From contig CAYGKO010000002.1 in NCBI GenBank assembly GCA_964350735.1, forward strand, positions 26,134-90,133: 64,000 nt of DNA. The letters are read 5' to 3'. Position 1 is the first letter of the stretch, and every line of letters begins with the position of its first letter. The notes beneath the pieces were generated by a model that saw nothing but the letters and a program-made list of their open reading frames with translations, was not told where the DNA came from and did no database searches. Both the position numbers and the translations under genes were made by a program. Origin of the DNA: an uncultured Candidatus Saccharibacteria bacterium. GTDB taxonomy: Bacteria; Patescibacteriota; Minisyncoccia; Phycocordibacterales; UBA918. This document shows, in pieces, positions 1 through 11,753 of this stretch.

Positions 1-39
1 GTAATCAAGCTGGCGTTAACAAGTATTTAAAAAAATATT

Positions 40-195
40 ATGTTTAAAAGTATCGGTTTTGTGATCAGTCTATACGCGATCACTCAATTTTTTGCTTCAG
101 CGACAGCTTCATTTGAGCGAGCTATGGTAGCTACATTCGACACTATCGAATCGGCTGCTCTAGTATCAGAAACTCAAATTGAATCTCTTCGCTAA
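40..195 (+). CDS. small hypothetical protein (51 aa, hydrophobic N-terminus)
   Basis: Hand-translated ORF ATG40-TAA195, MFKSIGFVISLYAITQFFASATASFERAMVATFDTIESAALVSETQIESLR, below the ORF-track cutoff; followed by a hairpin. Confidence 0.55.
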   Translation: MFKSIGFVISLYAITQFFASATASFERAMVATFDTIESAALVSETQIESLR

Positions 196-202
196 TGCAC
201 CC

Positions 203-230
203 ACCGAGTCCCCAGGACTCGGTTTGTTGT
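203..230 (+). terminator. probable intrinsic terminator
   Basis: ACCGAGTCC-cca-GGACTCGGT stem followed by T-rich ttgttgt. Confidence 0.5.
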
Positions 231-269
231 GTCTGCTTTTATTGATAAAAATGCTACTATACTAGAAAT

Positions 270-1316
270 ATGGTCATGAATCGCATAGTCGAATATGTAT
301 TTTTCTTCGGGTTGATGGGGATCGTCGGCTATTTGGTCTGGGAGATCATTTCTCCCTTTGTCTCAGCCTTAGCGTTAGCTGCGATTATTGTCACAATCTG
401 CTATCCCTTATATACAAGGCTCATTCCACGGATGCCAAAACAGAATCAAACTTTAGCGGCACTTACGACCACAGTCTTAGTTTTGGTGGTAGTTATTATC
501 CCAGTCTTTCTATTGACGTCTGCCATTGTTGGAGAAGCAGTGACGGTATATCAGCTACTCAATAAAGATCAGGTTATTTTCGCTGAATCATTGGGAGCAT
601 TTGAAACAAGTTTGCAAGCATTTTTACCTGGTTTTGAACTTAACTTCACTGAATACTTACGTCAGGCAGCTGAATGGTTTGCTGGAAATCTTGGAGCAAT
701 CTTTGCCGGTACAGCATCTACCATTTTCCTCTTTTTTATTGCTATGATCGGTTCTTTTTACTTTTTTCGAGACGGTAAGGAGTTTACCCAGAAGTTAGTT
801 GTTATTAGTCCATTACCTGATGATGAAGATGAGCTAATTCTGTCACGTCTCGCGACAGCAGTTCGATCAGTTGCTACTGGTATTGTGTTAGTAGCGCTCA
901 TTCAGGGAACACTTACAGCCATCGGACTTTCAATTGTTGGTATTGAACGCGCAGTATTGTTTGGAGCGATTGCAGCGATTGGGGCGCTGATTCCTAGTGT
1001 TGGAACGTCGATTATATTTATTCCTGCTATCGGGTATCTTTTGTTCGCCGGTGAGTATGTAAATGCCATGATTTTGACAGCTTGGGGATTGACGTTTGTA
1101 GGACTGATCGACAATCTGCTCGGTCCGTATTTAATGGGACGGGGAAGCGCCATGCATCCATTCCTAATTTTGCTTGCGGTACTAGGGGGTATTTCAGTAT
1201 TTGGGCCAATCGGCTTTATAGTGGGACCGGTAGTAGTGAGCCTATTTATGGTTTTGCTGGAACTGTACTCAATCCATATTGCTGCTGATAATCAAACTGC
1301 GGAACAGAGCATATGA
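270..1316 (+). CDS. AI-2E family transporter (PerM-like permease)
   Basis: Multi-TM protein with IPSVG, DNLLGP and HP..LLAVLGG..FG..GFIVGP motifs typical of AI-2E. Confidence 0.85.
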   Translation: MVMNRIVEYVFFFGLMGIVGYLVWEIISPFVSALALAAIIVTICYPLYTRLIPRMPKQNQTLAALTTTVLVLVVVIIPVFLLTSAIVGEAVTVYQLLNKDQVIFAESLGAFETSLQAFLPGFELNFTEYLRQAAEWFAGNLGAIFAGTASTIFLFFIAMIGSFYFFRDGKEFTQKLVVISPLPDDEDELILSRLATAVRSVATGIVLVALIQGTLTAIGLSIVGIERAVLFGAIAAIGALIPSVGTSIIFIPAIGYLLFAGEYVNAMILTAWGLTFVGLIDNLLGPYLMGRGSAMHPFLILLAVLGGISVFGPIGFIVGPVVVSLFMVLLELYSIHIAADNQTAEQSI

Positions 1317-1723
1317 TCAGCCGACCGATTGTAGAAAAAATACTAGCAGCCAATGGTATTGAGGCAACTGCAGAAGATGAAGTGATCAAGTCTGTTTTAA
1401 TTGAAGCAAACTGGCATCAAGATGATGTTGACACTGCCTTAACAGTTCTTCGAGAGAATACAACAACTCACGTTGAGAAAGTTGATTCACTTCATAAGGT
1501 CTTTAGAACTGACGAACGATTAAAGCCAGAAACAATCTCAGCGCTCCTTGGTATTGATGTTGATGTGAAAAATTATGAAGAATTACGCCTCGACCGAAGT
1601 ACGCATCAGAGTTTCTTTTCGCAGGTTGCTAGTATTGCTTTGGTCTCAATTGGACTAGCTCTTATTTTTGTTATGGGCGGTATGTGGTTTTGGCAAATAG
1701 GAATTTTTCACCATAGCTATTAA
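1313..1723 (+). CDS. hypothetical protein with C-terminal membrane anchor
   Basis: 136 aa ORF, ATGA overlap with the upstream gene, one C-terminal TM. Confidence 0.7.
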   Translation: MISRPIVEKILAANGIEATAEDEVIKSVLIEANWHQDDVDTALTVLRENTTTHVEKVDSLHKVFRTDERLKPETISALLGIDVDVKNYEELRLDRSTHQSFFSQVASIALVSIGLALIFVMGGMWFWQIGIFHHSY

Positions 1724-1726
1724 GTC

Positions 1727-2812
1727 ATGAGACTTGGTATTATTTTTTTAAGCATATTTGTTCTTAGTGCAGCTTTTATCAGTACAGATGTACCACGGTT
1801 TGAGTACAATCCGTGGCCAGCTTTTCAGAAAGGTTTAATTGAATCAGTTTCAAATGAAGAGCCCGTATTCACCGTGGCGACAAGTAGCATGTTTTTTGGT
1901 GGTGATGTGCTGCTGGCGCGGGATGTAGAGAGAAATATGGTTAAGTATGGAGCAGACTATCCCTACAAGAACTTGAAAGAAATCTGGCGAGATGCCACTG
2001 ATATTGTAGTCAATTTTGAATCGACTGCCCCTAATACGCACGTACCAACGCCAGATCTCACAACGAGCTTCTCGTCGCCATTATGGGTGCTTGATGAGTT
2101 GGCGGAGGCTGGTGTAACACTGGTGAGTCTCGCCAACAATCACGCTTTAGATAAAGGTCAGCGAGCCTATATAGAAACGGTAGATAATATTGAGTCACTT
2201 GGAATTGAAGTTTTTGGTCATCCAAAAGAAATTGACAATGAATCTATTTCTTACGTAGAGTTTGGTGAGCAACGAGTGGCCTTGATTGCTTTACATGATA
2301 TTGATGGCGATATTGATACTGCAGCTATTTCTCAAACCTTCACCACGGCAGCTTCTAGTTCTGACCTGCAAATTGTATATATCCACTGGGGCCAAGAATA
2401 TAAATTGCTACACAGCACCCCCCAAGAAGCCTTAGCGACTTTCATGATTGATGCTGGAGCAGATATGATCATTGGGCACCATCCACACGTCGTTCAAGAT
2501 ATACAAATATATAAAGATACATTGATAGTGTATTCCCTAGGCAATTTAGTATTTGACCAATATTTTAGTGCCGCTGTGCAAGAAGGGTTACTGCTGGAAT
2601 TATCTTCTGATGAGAATAAAGTGATTAGGCTTAATTTACTGCCAGTTACAAGTATTGGCAGTCGAGTGCAGCCGCGATTGATGGCAGAGCGTGAACAAAG
2701 TGTATGGCTTGAGGCGTTAGCAAATAGAAGCGAAGCGTCAATAAAAACCGAAATCCTTACGGGCAGCATCAGTCTCGATAAAAACCTTGCAATTTCACCA
2801 CGTTTACCATAG
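1727..2812 (+). CDS. CapA family metallophosphoesterase (PGA_cap)
   Basis: Signal peptide; GD, NFE, LANNHALD, HWGQE, GHHPHV and YSLGN motifs. Confidence 0.88.
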   Translation: MRLGIIFLSIFVLSAAFISTDVPRFEYNPWPAFQKGLIESVSNEEPVFTVATSSMFFGGDVLLARDVERNMVKYGADYPYKNLKEIWRDATDIVVNFESTAPNTHVPTPDLTTSFSSPLWVLDELAEAGVTLVSLANNHALDKGQRAYIETVDNIESLGIEVFGHPKEIDNESISYVEFGEQRVALIALHDIDGDIDTAAISQTFTTAASSSDLQIVYIHWGQEYKLLHSTPQEALATFMIDAGADMIIGHHPHVVQDIQIYKDTLIVYSLGNLVFDQYFSAAVQEGLLLELSSDENKVIRLNLLPVTSIGSRVQPRLMAEREQSVWLEALANRSEASIKTEILTGSISLDKNLAISPRLP

Positions 2813-2842
2813 TATGTCGAGACTTATAGTAATGAAACATGT

Positions 2843-3382
2843 ATGAACCTGAATAAATTTGAAACAATCGGAATCGGAGTAAGTATCGGTGCTATGGTGT
2901 TGGCGTTATTTTTACTGCGCGTAGAATCTAGCAACAATCTCACTCTCACCTCAGATACTGCGGCAGACCAAGCAGCAGCTATCATCGTTGGGTCTGAAGG
3001 TAACCAAGACGCTGAGCTCGCAACTGCGATCCTCGAAGGATCTTCTCCATCTGGTGAAATTCAGCGATTGATTATCGATGACGTTGCGTTTGGTTCTGGA
3101 CCAGAAGTGGTAACAGGGGATACTATTTCAGTAAATTACATTGGCACCCTCCAAAATGGACAGGAGTTCGATAACTCAATTAAGCGAGGGGAACCCTTTA
3201 CTTTCACTGTTGGCGCCGGGCGGGTGATTGCAGGCTGGGAACAGGGTGTGGTTGGGATGAAGGTGGGCGGGCAGCGTGTGTTGGTAATTCCCTCCGACCT
3301 AGCCTACGGCGACCGTGGGGCTGGTCCCATCCCTGGTGATGCGACGTTGGTGTTCGCGATTGAGCTACTTTCTATCAACTAA
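2843..3382 (+). CDS. membrane-anchored FKBP-type peptidyl-prolyl isomerase
   Basis: VNYIGTL..G..FD, VIAGWEQG..GMKVGG.R...IPSDLAYG and L.F.IELL motifs; N-terminal TM. Confidence 0.93.
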   Translation: MNLNKFETIGIGVSIGAMVLALFLLRVESSNNLTLTSDTAADQAAAIIVGSEGNQDAELATAILEGSSPSGEIQRLIIDDVAFGSGPEVVTGDTISVNYIGTLQNGQEFDNSIKRGEPFTFTVGAGRVIAGWEQGVVGMKVGGQRVLVIPSDLAYGDRGAGPIPGDATLVFAIELLSIN

Positions 3383-4590
3383 TGGCTGATAAACCAGTTA
3401 CATTTGAGATAATTAAGCGTCAAAAAGGCACTCTTGGCCGAGCTGGTGTTATTCATACTCCTCATGGTGATATCGAAACACCAGCTTTTGTGTGTGTAGG
3501 AACTAAGGGGACGGTAAAGAGTCTCAAGTCAGAAGATATGCGTGACTACGTCGGTAATCAAGTGGCACTTGCCAATACCTACCATCTTTTTTTGCAGCCA
3601 GGCGATGATGTAGTGAAAGAAGCGGGCGGTTTACACAAATTCTCTAACTGGGACATGCCGACTATTACTGATAGTGGGGGATTTCAGGTATTTAGTCTGG
3701 GAGCAGCTTTTGGGAAAGGAGTGACTAAATTTGCGCAAAATGCGGCCGAAGCTGATGCAGTCGCTGAGAAGTCGGGGCTTAATGTCTACTCACAAGAACT
3801 GGCCAGTGAGCATGGTAAGCTCTGCGTGATTGATGAAGAAGGGGTTACCTTCACCTCACATATCGACGGTTCAATGCACCGCTTCACCGCCGAACGTTCA
3901 ATTGATATTCAACACAACATTGGTGCGGACATTATTATCGCTTTTGATGAGTGTACGAGTCCAACTGCCGATAAGGAGTATCAGATCGAAGCGATGAACC
4001 GTACTCATCGCTGGGCGAAGCGTTCAATTATGGCGCATAAGCAGAACTATGACGCCTTAAAGAAGCAGGGTCTCTACGGTGTGGTACAAGGTGGACGACA
4101 TCTTGATCTACGGGCGGAGAGTGCTACCGCGCTGGCTGATATGGATTTTGATGGTTATGGGATTGGCGGCAGCTTCACCAAGGCTGACTTGGGTGAAGCA
4201 GTGCGTACCGTGAACGAAATTTTACCGGAAGACAAACCACGGCACTTGCTTGGAATCGGAGAACCCGGAGACATTGTGGAAGGAGTAGCGCTTGGCTGTG
4301 ACACGTTTGACTGTGTCGCTCCCACCCGTATCGCTCGTACCGGAACTATTTACGAAACTACCAATGCCGGGCACCAGCGAACCAACCTGTTAAATCAAAA
4401 ATACATCCGTGATTTTAGTAAGCCTGACGAATCATGCGATTGTTACGTCTGTACCCACTACACCAAAGCCTACCTAGCCCACCTCTTCCGCTCCAAAGAA
4501 ATGCTTGGTCCGCACTTAGCGTCACTGCATAATCTTTATTACATCGTGAATTTCACTAAGAAACTAAGGGAACAAATATTAACAAGCTGA
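3382..4590 (+). CDS. tgt: tRNA-guanine transglycosylase
   Basis: TPHG, NTYHL, DSGGFQ, VQGG, DCVAPTR and Zn-site C.C..C...H motifs. Confidence 0.96.
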   Translation: MADKPVTFEIIKRQKGTLGRAGVIHTPHGDIETPAFVCVGTKGTVKSLKSEDMRDYVGNQVALANTYHLFLQPGDDVVKEAGGLHKFSNWDMPTITDSGGFQVFSLGAAFGKGVTKFAQNAAEADAVAEKSGLNVYSQELASEHGKLCVIDEEGVTFTSHIDGSMHRFTAERSIDIQHNIGADIIIAFDECTSPTADKEYQIEAMNRTHRWAKRSIMAHKQNYDALKKQGLYGVVQGGRHLDLRAESATALADMDFDGYGIGGSFTKADLGEAVRTVNEILPEDKPRHLLGIGEPGDIVEGVALGCDTFDCVAPTRIARTGTIYETTNAGHQRTNLLNQKYIRDFSKPDESCDCYVCTHYTKAYLAHLFRSKEMLGPHLASLHNLYYIVNFTKKLREQILTS

Positions 4591-4645
4591 TATTTTTGAG
4601 GTATTGTTATAAGTAAGGAGATCCTCCTTTATAATTTATCTACTC

Positions 4646-4798
4646 ATGGGAGTAGAGAAGGTAGGGATAGGTGTTATGGGCGGCTATGTTATTTCAGCAA
4701 TTATCGGAGCGGTTGTATTCTTCGCTCTGACAGGAGTTCCTCTGACTATGGTCGTAGGAGCTCTTGCCGGAGCTATTGGATATCGACTTGGCAAATAG
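4646..4798 (+). CDS. small glycine-rich membrane peptide (50 aa, glycine-zipper-like)
   Basis: Hand-translated MGVEKVGIGVMGGYVISAIIGAVVFFALTGVPLTMVVGALAGAIGYRLGK, directly followed by a terminator; not in the ORF track. Confidence 0.65.
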   Translation: MGVEKVGIGVMGGYVISAIIGAVVFFALTGVPLTMVVGALAGAIGYRLGK

Positions 4799-4805
4799 CA
4801 CTTCG

Positions 4806-4836
4806 CGCGGCAGCAAGTTCAGCTGCCGCGTTTTTT
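4806..4836 (+). terminator. intrinsic terminator
   Basis: CGCGGCAGC-7nt-GCTGCCGCG followed by TTTTTT. Confidence 0.85.
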
Positions 4837-4920
4837 GTGTTTCGTTATAACGTTTGCAGTGTGCGCTTGGGTGCCCGATCTACCTTTTTTTATATTTTAA
4901 ATCTAAGGTATAGTACGGGG

Positions 4921-6951
<2,031 letters not shown>

Positions 6952-6967
6952 CATGCTAGGATAGGGT

Positions 6968-7327
6968 ATGAAAAAAATTGCCCTTATCGAAGATGATCAG
7001 TTTATTCAGGATTTTGTGTCTGGTAAATTGATAGAAGCTGGTTATGCCGTCACTGTCTGTAGTGATGGTGAAGCTGCTGTGGGTCATATTATCGAACAAA
7101 TACCGGATGTGGTTTTACTTGATCTTGATCTGCCAAACTTGTCTGGTCATGAAATTCTTAAAGTGTTACAAGTAGAAGAAAGTACTAAGAACATACCCGT
7201 GATTATTTTTTCCAATAACGATGACCCAGATTTGAAAGAGAAAATGATCGCCGCTGGAGCGAAAGATTTCTATATGAAAGCGGTGACTAACCCTGCAGAA
7301 CTCATCTCAAAGATTGAGTCGGTGTAA
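6968..7327 (+). CDS. stand-alone response regulator receiver (CheY-like)
   Basis: IEDD acidic pocket, LLDLDLP phosphoacceptor Asp, conserved Ser and Lys; no output domain. Confidence 0.9.
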   Translation: MKKIALIEDDQFIQDFVSGKLIEAGYAVTVCSDGEAAVGHIIEQIPDVVLLDLDLPNLSGHEILKVLQVEESTKNIPVIIFSNNDDPDLKEKMIAAGAKDFYMKAVTNPAELISKIESV

Positions 7328-7380
7328 GTTATCGACAGGTGTTGAAAATATATGAGTAGAAGGGGCGTATACTATAGGAA

Positions 7381-10353
7381 ATGAGTCCGGCAAAAAAGGC
7401 AACGGCCCGAAAAACCGCACCTAAAAAACGAGCGGCATCTACGCGTACAACCAAGGTGACGCCAAAGAAGCGGGTGACCAAAAAACCGGCAGTTACAACT
7501 GTGCGTAAAAAGGTGGTGAAAAAGGTGATTAAGAAAAAGATCCTGGTTAAAAAAACCGCACCAAAAGCCGAAAAAAAACTAAAACCAAGAAAAAAGGGAA
7601 CTATTTCAAATACTTTTGCAAAAGGTGACAAGAAGCCTTTTTCGTTCCCACAATCTGTTTCGTTGGCTATTATTGCCATGCCTAAACTGCCGGTTGATAT
7701 TGACACCCTCGCAGTCAGTATGGCTCGTTACGGGGGACTTTCGATGGTTGTCGTAGGGGCCTGTTTTTCTTTGTTTTATGCCCAAGCAGTTGGGCTTCAA
7801 ATGCCAAGTGTTTCAAATATAGCCGAAGTTATTAGCGGTGTTGCTGGAAGCACAACCGAAACAAGTACCGGAGCGAACACTGCTTCAGTGACTATAAATA
7901 AAACCCCGGGAGCTAACTTTGAAGTATCTGGGCAAAATCCTAGAAGTCGTGATGTTCAGGTACGCATTGATGTACCTCTGGCCAAACGAGTCACGGTGTT
8001 TGCATTTCATACTGATACGCAAGAGTACATTTTGTTAGGACAAGCTTCGATGGAAGGATCAGACCAGTGGAGTCTGATTTGGGACACTACAAAATACGTT
8101 GATGGAGCATATAAACTAAAAGCGGTTATTTTAAATGAGTTTGGTTCCTATGATGGATTTAGCCAAAAACAATTTGATGTCAGTAATCAATCAGAAAGTA
8201 ACGATGATCAAACTGAAATAGATGAAGAAGAGGTTTCAGATGCTGCTCACGAAACAACTGAAGAGGAATCTCATTCGGAAACTGAAGCTGGGTCGCTAGA
8301 AACTACTGATACAACTGAAGGTTTAGAAGATGTTTTCAACCAAACTGAGACTGACGACACTGTAAAGCTTCCTAATGATCCTGTGGATTTACTTACTTCG
8401 GTCGCGCCAGATAAACTGGAAGCACTAATTTCTTTTTCACCTAAGGAAGCGGGGGTGGTGTCAGTGCTTGTTCGTCCTAATTATAGTGCAGATACTGTGT
8501 TACTTAAGGCAATTCATCGTGAAACAGGGACGTTGTATGATTTAGGTAAAACTACAAATACTGGGGATAGGCGATGGCGCTTTGATTGGCAAACAGCTAA
8601 CAAAGATGATGGTATCTACGCCGTGTATGCAGCTGTGAGTCTTGATGGAGAAAGTTATCTATCGAAAAAATTTAACTTTGAAGTAAATAAAAATTTCACT
8701 ACCGTCGAAGCGGTATCACTTGAAAGTCCAGATGAGAAGATTGAGACGACCGCACCGAATGCTGTTCCTGCAGAAGAAGCGGTAGTACCAACTGCAAATA
8801 ATTTCGCAGTGGCACTTACTATTCCGGTTCGTGATGTCTACACGGGACTAGTTGAAATCATTATCGCTGCGCCAGAGGCATCATTTGTTGAGCTGTATTC
8901 TCGTAATAAATCTGCTAAAAACGAACGCTTTTCAGGCTTGGCGAAAAAGGTAGGAGTTGATACCTGGAGATTTGTGTGGGATACAACTAATGTACCAAAT
9001 GGTGAATACGTACTTAAAAGTAAGGTGAGAGCCAATGGTCAGCTCATGGAAAAGACTTCTTCGGTACTTCGAGTAGAAAATAAAATAATTGCCTTTACCA
9101 CTGATACTGATGCAGTTAACGAAGCTCGACAAGAAGTCTTGAGCTCTAATGACTCTGCCGTTGAGCAGGTACGAGCAGCTGCCGAAGCTCTCACCGTAAG
9201 TGGTTCTGATGAGAGCGCTGCTGCGCCGGTGCAAAAAATTACACTATTGGAAAAAAGACGAATCGAAGAGCTGTCTCCAGCCAGGCTACTTGAAAGTTCA
9301 ATCCTGACAGTAGATGAATTTCCTGAGGCAATTGAATTAGATTCAGAGACTGAAGAAATTGTGGAAACTACAGTGGAAGATCTCTTCACTGCGTACCAGG
9401 AGCGGGTAAATGCTGTTATGCGGGGGGTGGCTTTGGCGGTACGTTCTGGTGACGAAACAGCAATTTCATTAGCTAAAAAAACAGTGGCTGACTTACGAGA
9501 AGATATCCTTTCGGAAGTACTTAACTCTGATGTATCAGCTGAACTTACGTCTTTCATTGATAATAGACTTTCCCGTGAGTTAGCTCGTTTAAAGGTACGT
9601 ACCGAGGCAGATGAAAAGCTAATTAATAACCGAGTCGATACCGATCTCTCAAAGGACTCGGACCAAGATGGGGTGACAGACTTTGACGAAATTAACTTGT
9701 ATGAGACTGATCCGCTGGTAGCGGACTCTGATAATGACGGTTTCAATGACGGAATTGAAATTCTAAGTGGTTACGATCCTCGTAATGCTTCAACTGAAGC
9801 TGTGGTTGAGTATGAGTCTCCAAAGAAGGCTGGTGTAGTACGTGAGGATTTATTTGTGATCGAATCTATTACCACACTTACTCCTGATAGTGCCTTATCT
9901 AGTAACAAAAAGACGCCCGAGGCAGTGATTAGTGGGCGAGCACTCCCAAATAGTTTCGTTACGTTGTATGTCTTCAGTAACCCCGTAGTGGTGACCGTGA
10001 AAACAGATGCTGATGGTAATTGGAGCTATCGGTTCGACAAAGAGATTGCAGATGGTACTCATGAAGTATATGTAGGAGTGACAGACAATGCTGGGCGGGT
10101 AGTGGCTAAAAGTGAACCAGTACGGTTTGTAAAGACGGCCGAAGCGTTTACTCCGGTAGATGCTGCTGAGAACGTTGCGGTTGCACAAACTGAAACCCAG
10201 AAGTCCCTTATTAGTTCCAGCTCAGTGCTGCTTATCGCTTCTGTTTCAGTTGTTGCTATTGGTTTAATTTTGATCCTCTTGGGTCTGCATTTACAAGGTC
10301 GCAAAGAAGATCATTTTATTTTTAGCGGAGAAAAAGACACTGCATCAGTATGA
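7381..10353 (+). CDS. large surface protein: Lys/Arg-rich N-tail, TM, three Ig-like repeats, DxDxDG Ca-binding repeats, Ig-like domain, C-terminal TM
   Basis: Three W...W(D/Q)T....(D/N)G.Y repeats; DSDQDGVTDFDE and DSDNDGFNDGIE; hydrophobic segments near aa 118-137 and aa 950-970. Confidence 0.8.
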   Translation: MSPAKKATARKTAPKKRAASTRTTKVTPKKRVTKKPAVTTVRKKVVKKVIKKKILVKKTAPKAEKKLKPRKKGTISNTFAKGDKKPFSFPQSVSLAIIAMPKLPVDIDTLAVSMARYGGLSMVVVGACFSLFYAQAVGLQMPSVSNIAEVISGVAGSTTETSTGANTASVTINKTPGANFEVSGQNPRSRDVQVRIDVPLAKRVTVFAFHTDTQEYILLGQASMEGSDQWSLIWDTTKYVDGAYKLKAVILNEFGSYDGFSQKQFDVSNQSESNDDQTEIDEEEVSDAAHETTEEESHSETEAGSLETTDTTEGLEDVFNQTETDDTVKLPNDPVDLLTSVAPDKLEALISFSPKEAGVVSVLVRPNYSADTVLLKAIHRETGTLYDLGKTTNTGDRRWRFDWQTANKDDGIYAVYAAVSLDGESYLSKKFNFEVNKNFTTVEAVSLESPDEKIETTAPNAVPAEEAVVPTANNFAVALTIPVRDVYTGLVEIIIAAPEASFVELYSRNKSAKNERFSGLAKKVGVDTWRFVWDTTNVPNGEYVLKSKVRANGQLMEKTSSVLRVENKIIAFTTDTDAVNEARQEVLSSNDSAVEQVRAAAEALTVSGSDESAAAPVQKITLLEKRRIEELSPARLLESSILTVDEFPEAIELDSETEEIVETTVEDLFTAYQERVNAVMRGVALAVRSGDETAISLAKKTVADLREDILSEVLNSDVSAELTSFIDNRLSRELARLKVRTEADEKLINNRVDTDLSKDSDQDGVTDFDEINLYETDPLVADSDNDGFNDGIEILSGYDPRNASTEAVVEYESPKKAGVVREDLFVIESITTLTPDSALSSNKKTPEAVISGRALPNSFVTLYVFSNPVVVTVKTDADGNWSYRFDKEIADGTHEVYVGVTDNAGRVVAKSEPVRFVKTAEAFTPVDAAENVAVAQTETQKSLISSSSVLLIASVSVVAIGLILILLGLHLQGRKEDHFIFSGEKDTASV

Positions 10354-11687
10354 TCTCAAAATTGTTGTTTGCGCTTGAGACCGCCTGGTCGTATGTGAAG
10401 CAGCATCCGCAAATTCAATTTGCATTTTTACTTATCTTTGTACTACCATTACTTTTTTTGTATTCAAGTAATCAATTCCTTGAAGCAGGTCGTGCCAACC
10501 AAGATAAGTTGCAGCGTGATCGAGTTGGTCTTCTGCATGATTCATTCGCCTCACTATTGTCTGCTACAGAATTTAATCCGGCCACTGCACAAAAGGAATT
10601 AATGGCAATTTCTGAACTGAATCAGGATATTACAAAGTTTAGAGTTGTTTGGCAAAATGGTAAGGAGTTCACACCAATTGCAGCATTGGATGAGAGTATT
10701 TTAGGAAGATCCGAGGAAGGGATATCACTCTATCAAGCCTCGGCGGCACGCTTTGATGAATCCCTTATCTTTCCTTTCTTTTTAAATGATGTTCGTTATT
10801 GGCAATCAGTCAGGGCTATACAGGCTACCGATGGCCAAAATTTTTTTATACTTACTGAAAATTCATTTGAACAAGTTGATAGCTATCTAAAAAATCAGGA
10901 AAGAACAGCATACATGTCATTACTTTTGGTGTATGTGGTGCTGTTAGGGATAGCATTTTGGCTAATTAGACTCACAAATTATAGAAGCCTCTATGATCAA
11001 GCTGAGCAGGCGATTAAGACTAAGGATTTATTTTCAAATATGATTGCTCACGAGCTGAGAGCACCACTTACCGCTATCAAAGGATATTCAGCCATGGCTG
11101 CGGAAAGCGATGATTTAGCTAAAAATAAAGAACATGCTGGCAAAATCACTGCTGCTTCCGATAGATTACTTGCAATAGTAAATGATCTGCTTGATATAGC
11201 TCGCATTCAGTCAGGCAAGCTGTCTTTTGAAATTGAGAAGCATAATGTTCAAGATACTATTTCTGCGGTGCAGGCAGAACTGCTCATATCAGCCCAACAA
11301 AAAAATATAGCGATCTCTATCGAAAACGATGCCTCCGAAGCTATAGCTTTGGTTGACCCAAAGCGACTACATCAAGCGCTCACAAACTTGGTGAGTAATG
11401 CAATTAAATATACAAAAGAAGGCGAGATATCAATTAGTGCTGAAGAAAAAACTACTGTAGTTGAACTCCGTGTCAAAGATACTGGGATGGGGATTTCGGC
11501 GGAAGATCAGCAAAAACTGTTTGCTCCATTTTACCGAGTGGAATCTACTGATGTGAGCAAAATAACGGGTACTGGACTAGGTATGTGGATTACCCGTCAG
11601 CTGATCGAACTAATGGGCGGATCTATTGGGGTAGAGTCTATCAAGGGGGTTGGTACCCATGTGGTGATTTCACTGCAGAAGCGTTAG
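10350..11687 (+). CDS. membrane sensor histidine kinase
   Basis: Two TMs; H-box AHELRAPL, N-box [10 protein letters not shown]1 DTGMG, F-box, G2 GTGLG. Confidence 0.94.
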   Translation: MISKLLFALETAWSYVKQHPQIQFAFLLIFVLPLLFLYSSNQFLEAGRANQDKLQRDRVGLLHDSFASLLSATEFNPATAQKELMAISELNQDITKFRVVWQNGKEFTPIAALDESILGRSEEGISLYQASAARFDESLIFPFFLNDVRYWQSVRAIQATDGQNFFILTENSFEQVDSYLKNQERTAYMSLLLVYVVLLGIAFWLIRLTNYRSLYDQAEQAIKTKDLFSNMIAHELRAPLTAIKGYSAMAAESDDLAKNKEHAGKITAASDRLLAIVNDLLDIARIQSGKLSFEIEKHNVQDTISAVQAELLISAQQKNIAISIENDASEAIALVDPKRLHQALTNLVSNAIKYTKEGEISISAEEKTTVVELRVKDTGMGISAEDQQKLFAPFYRVESTDVSKITGTGLGMWITRQLIELMGGSIGVESIKGVGTHVVISLQKR

Positions 11688-11753
11688 TCTCTCGAGGCAG
11701 CTTTTGGTATACTCATCAGATAAATCCTCGGCTCCATCCGGAGAGATAATGCT

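Noticed and set aside
4837-4920. N-terminal extension of UvrB in the ORF track
   Set aside because: It starts at the end of a terminator and spans the -10 element; UvrB similarity begins at GTG4921
9039-9746. 235-aa minus-strand ORF
   Set aside because: Ser-rich antisense shadow of the surface protein gene
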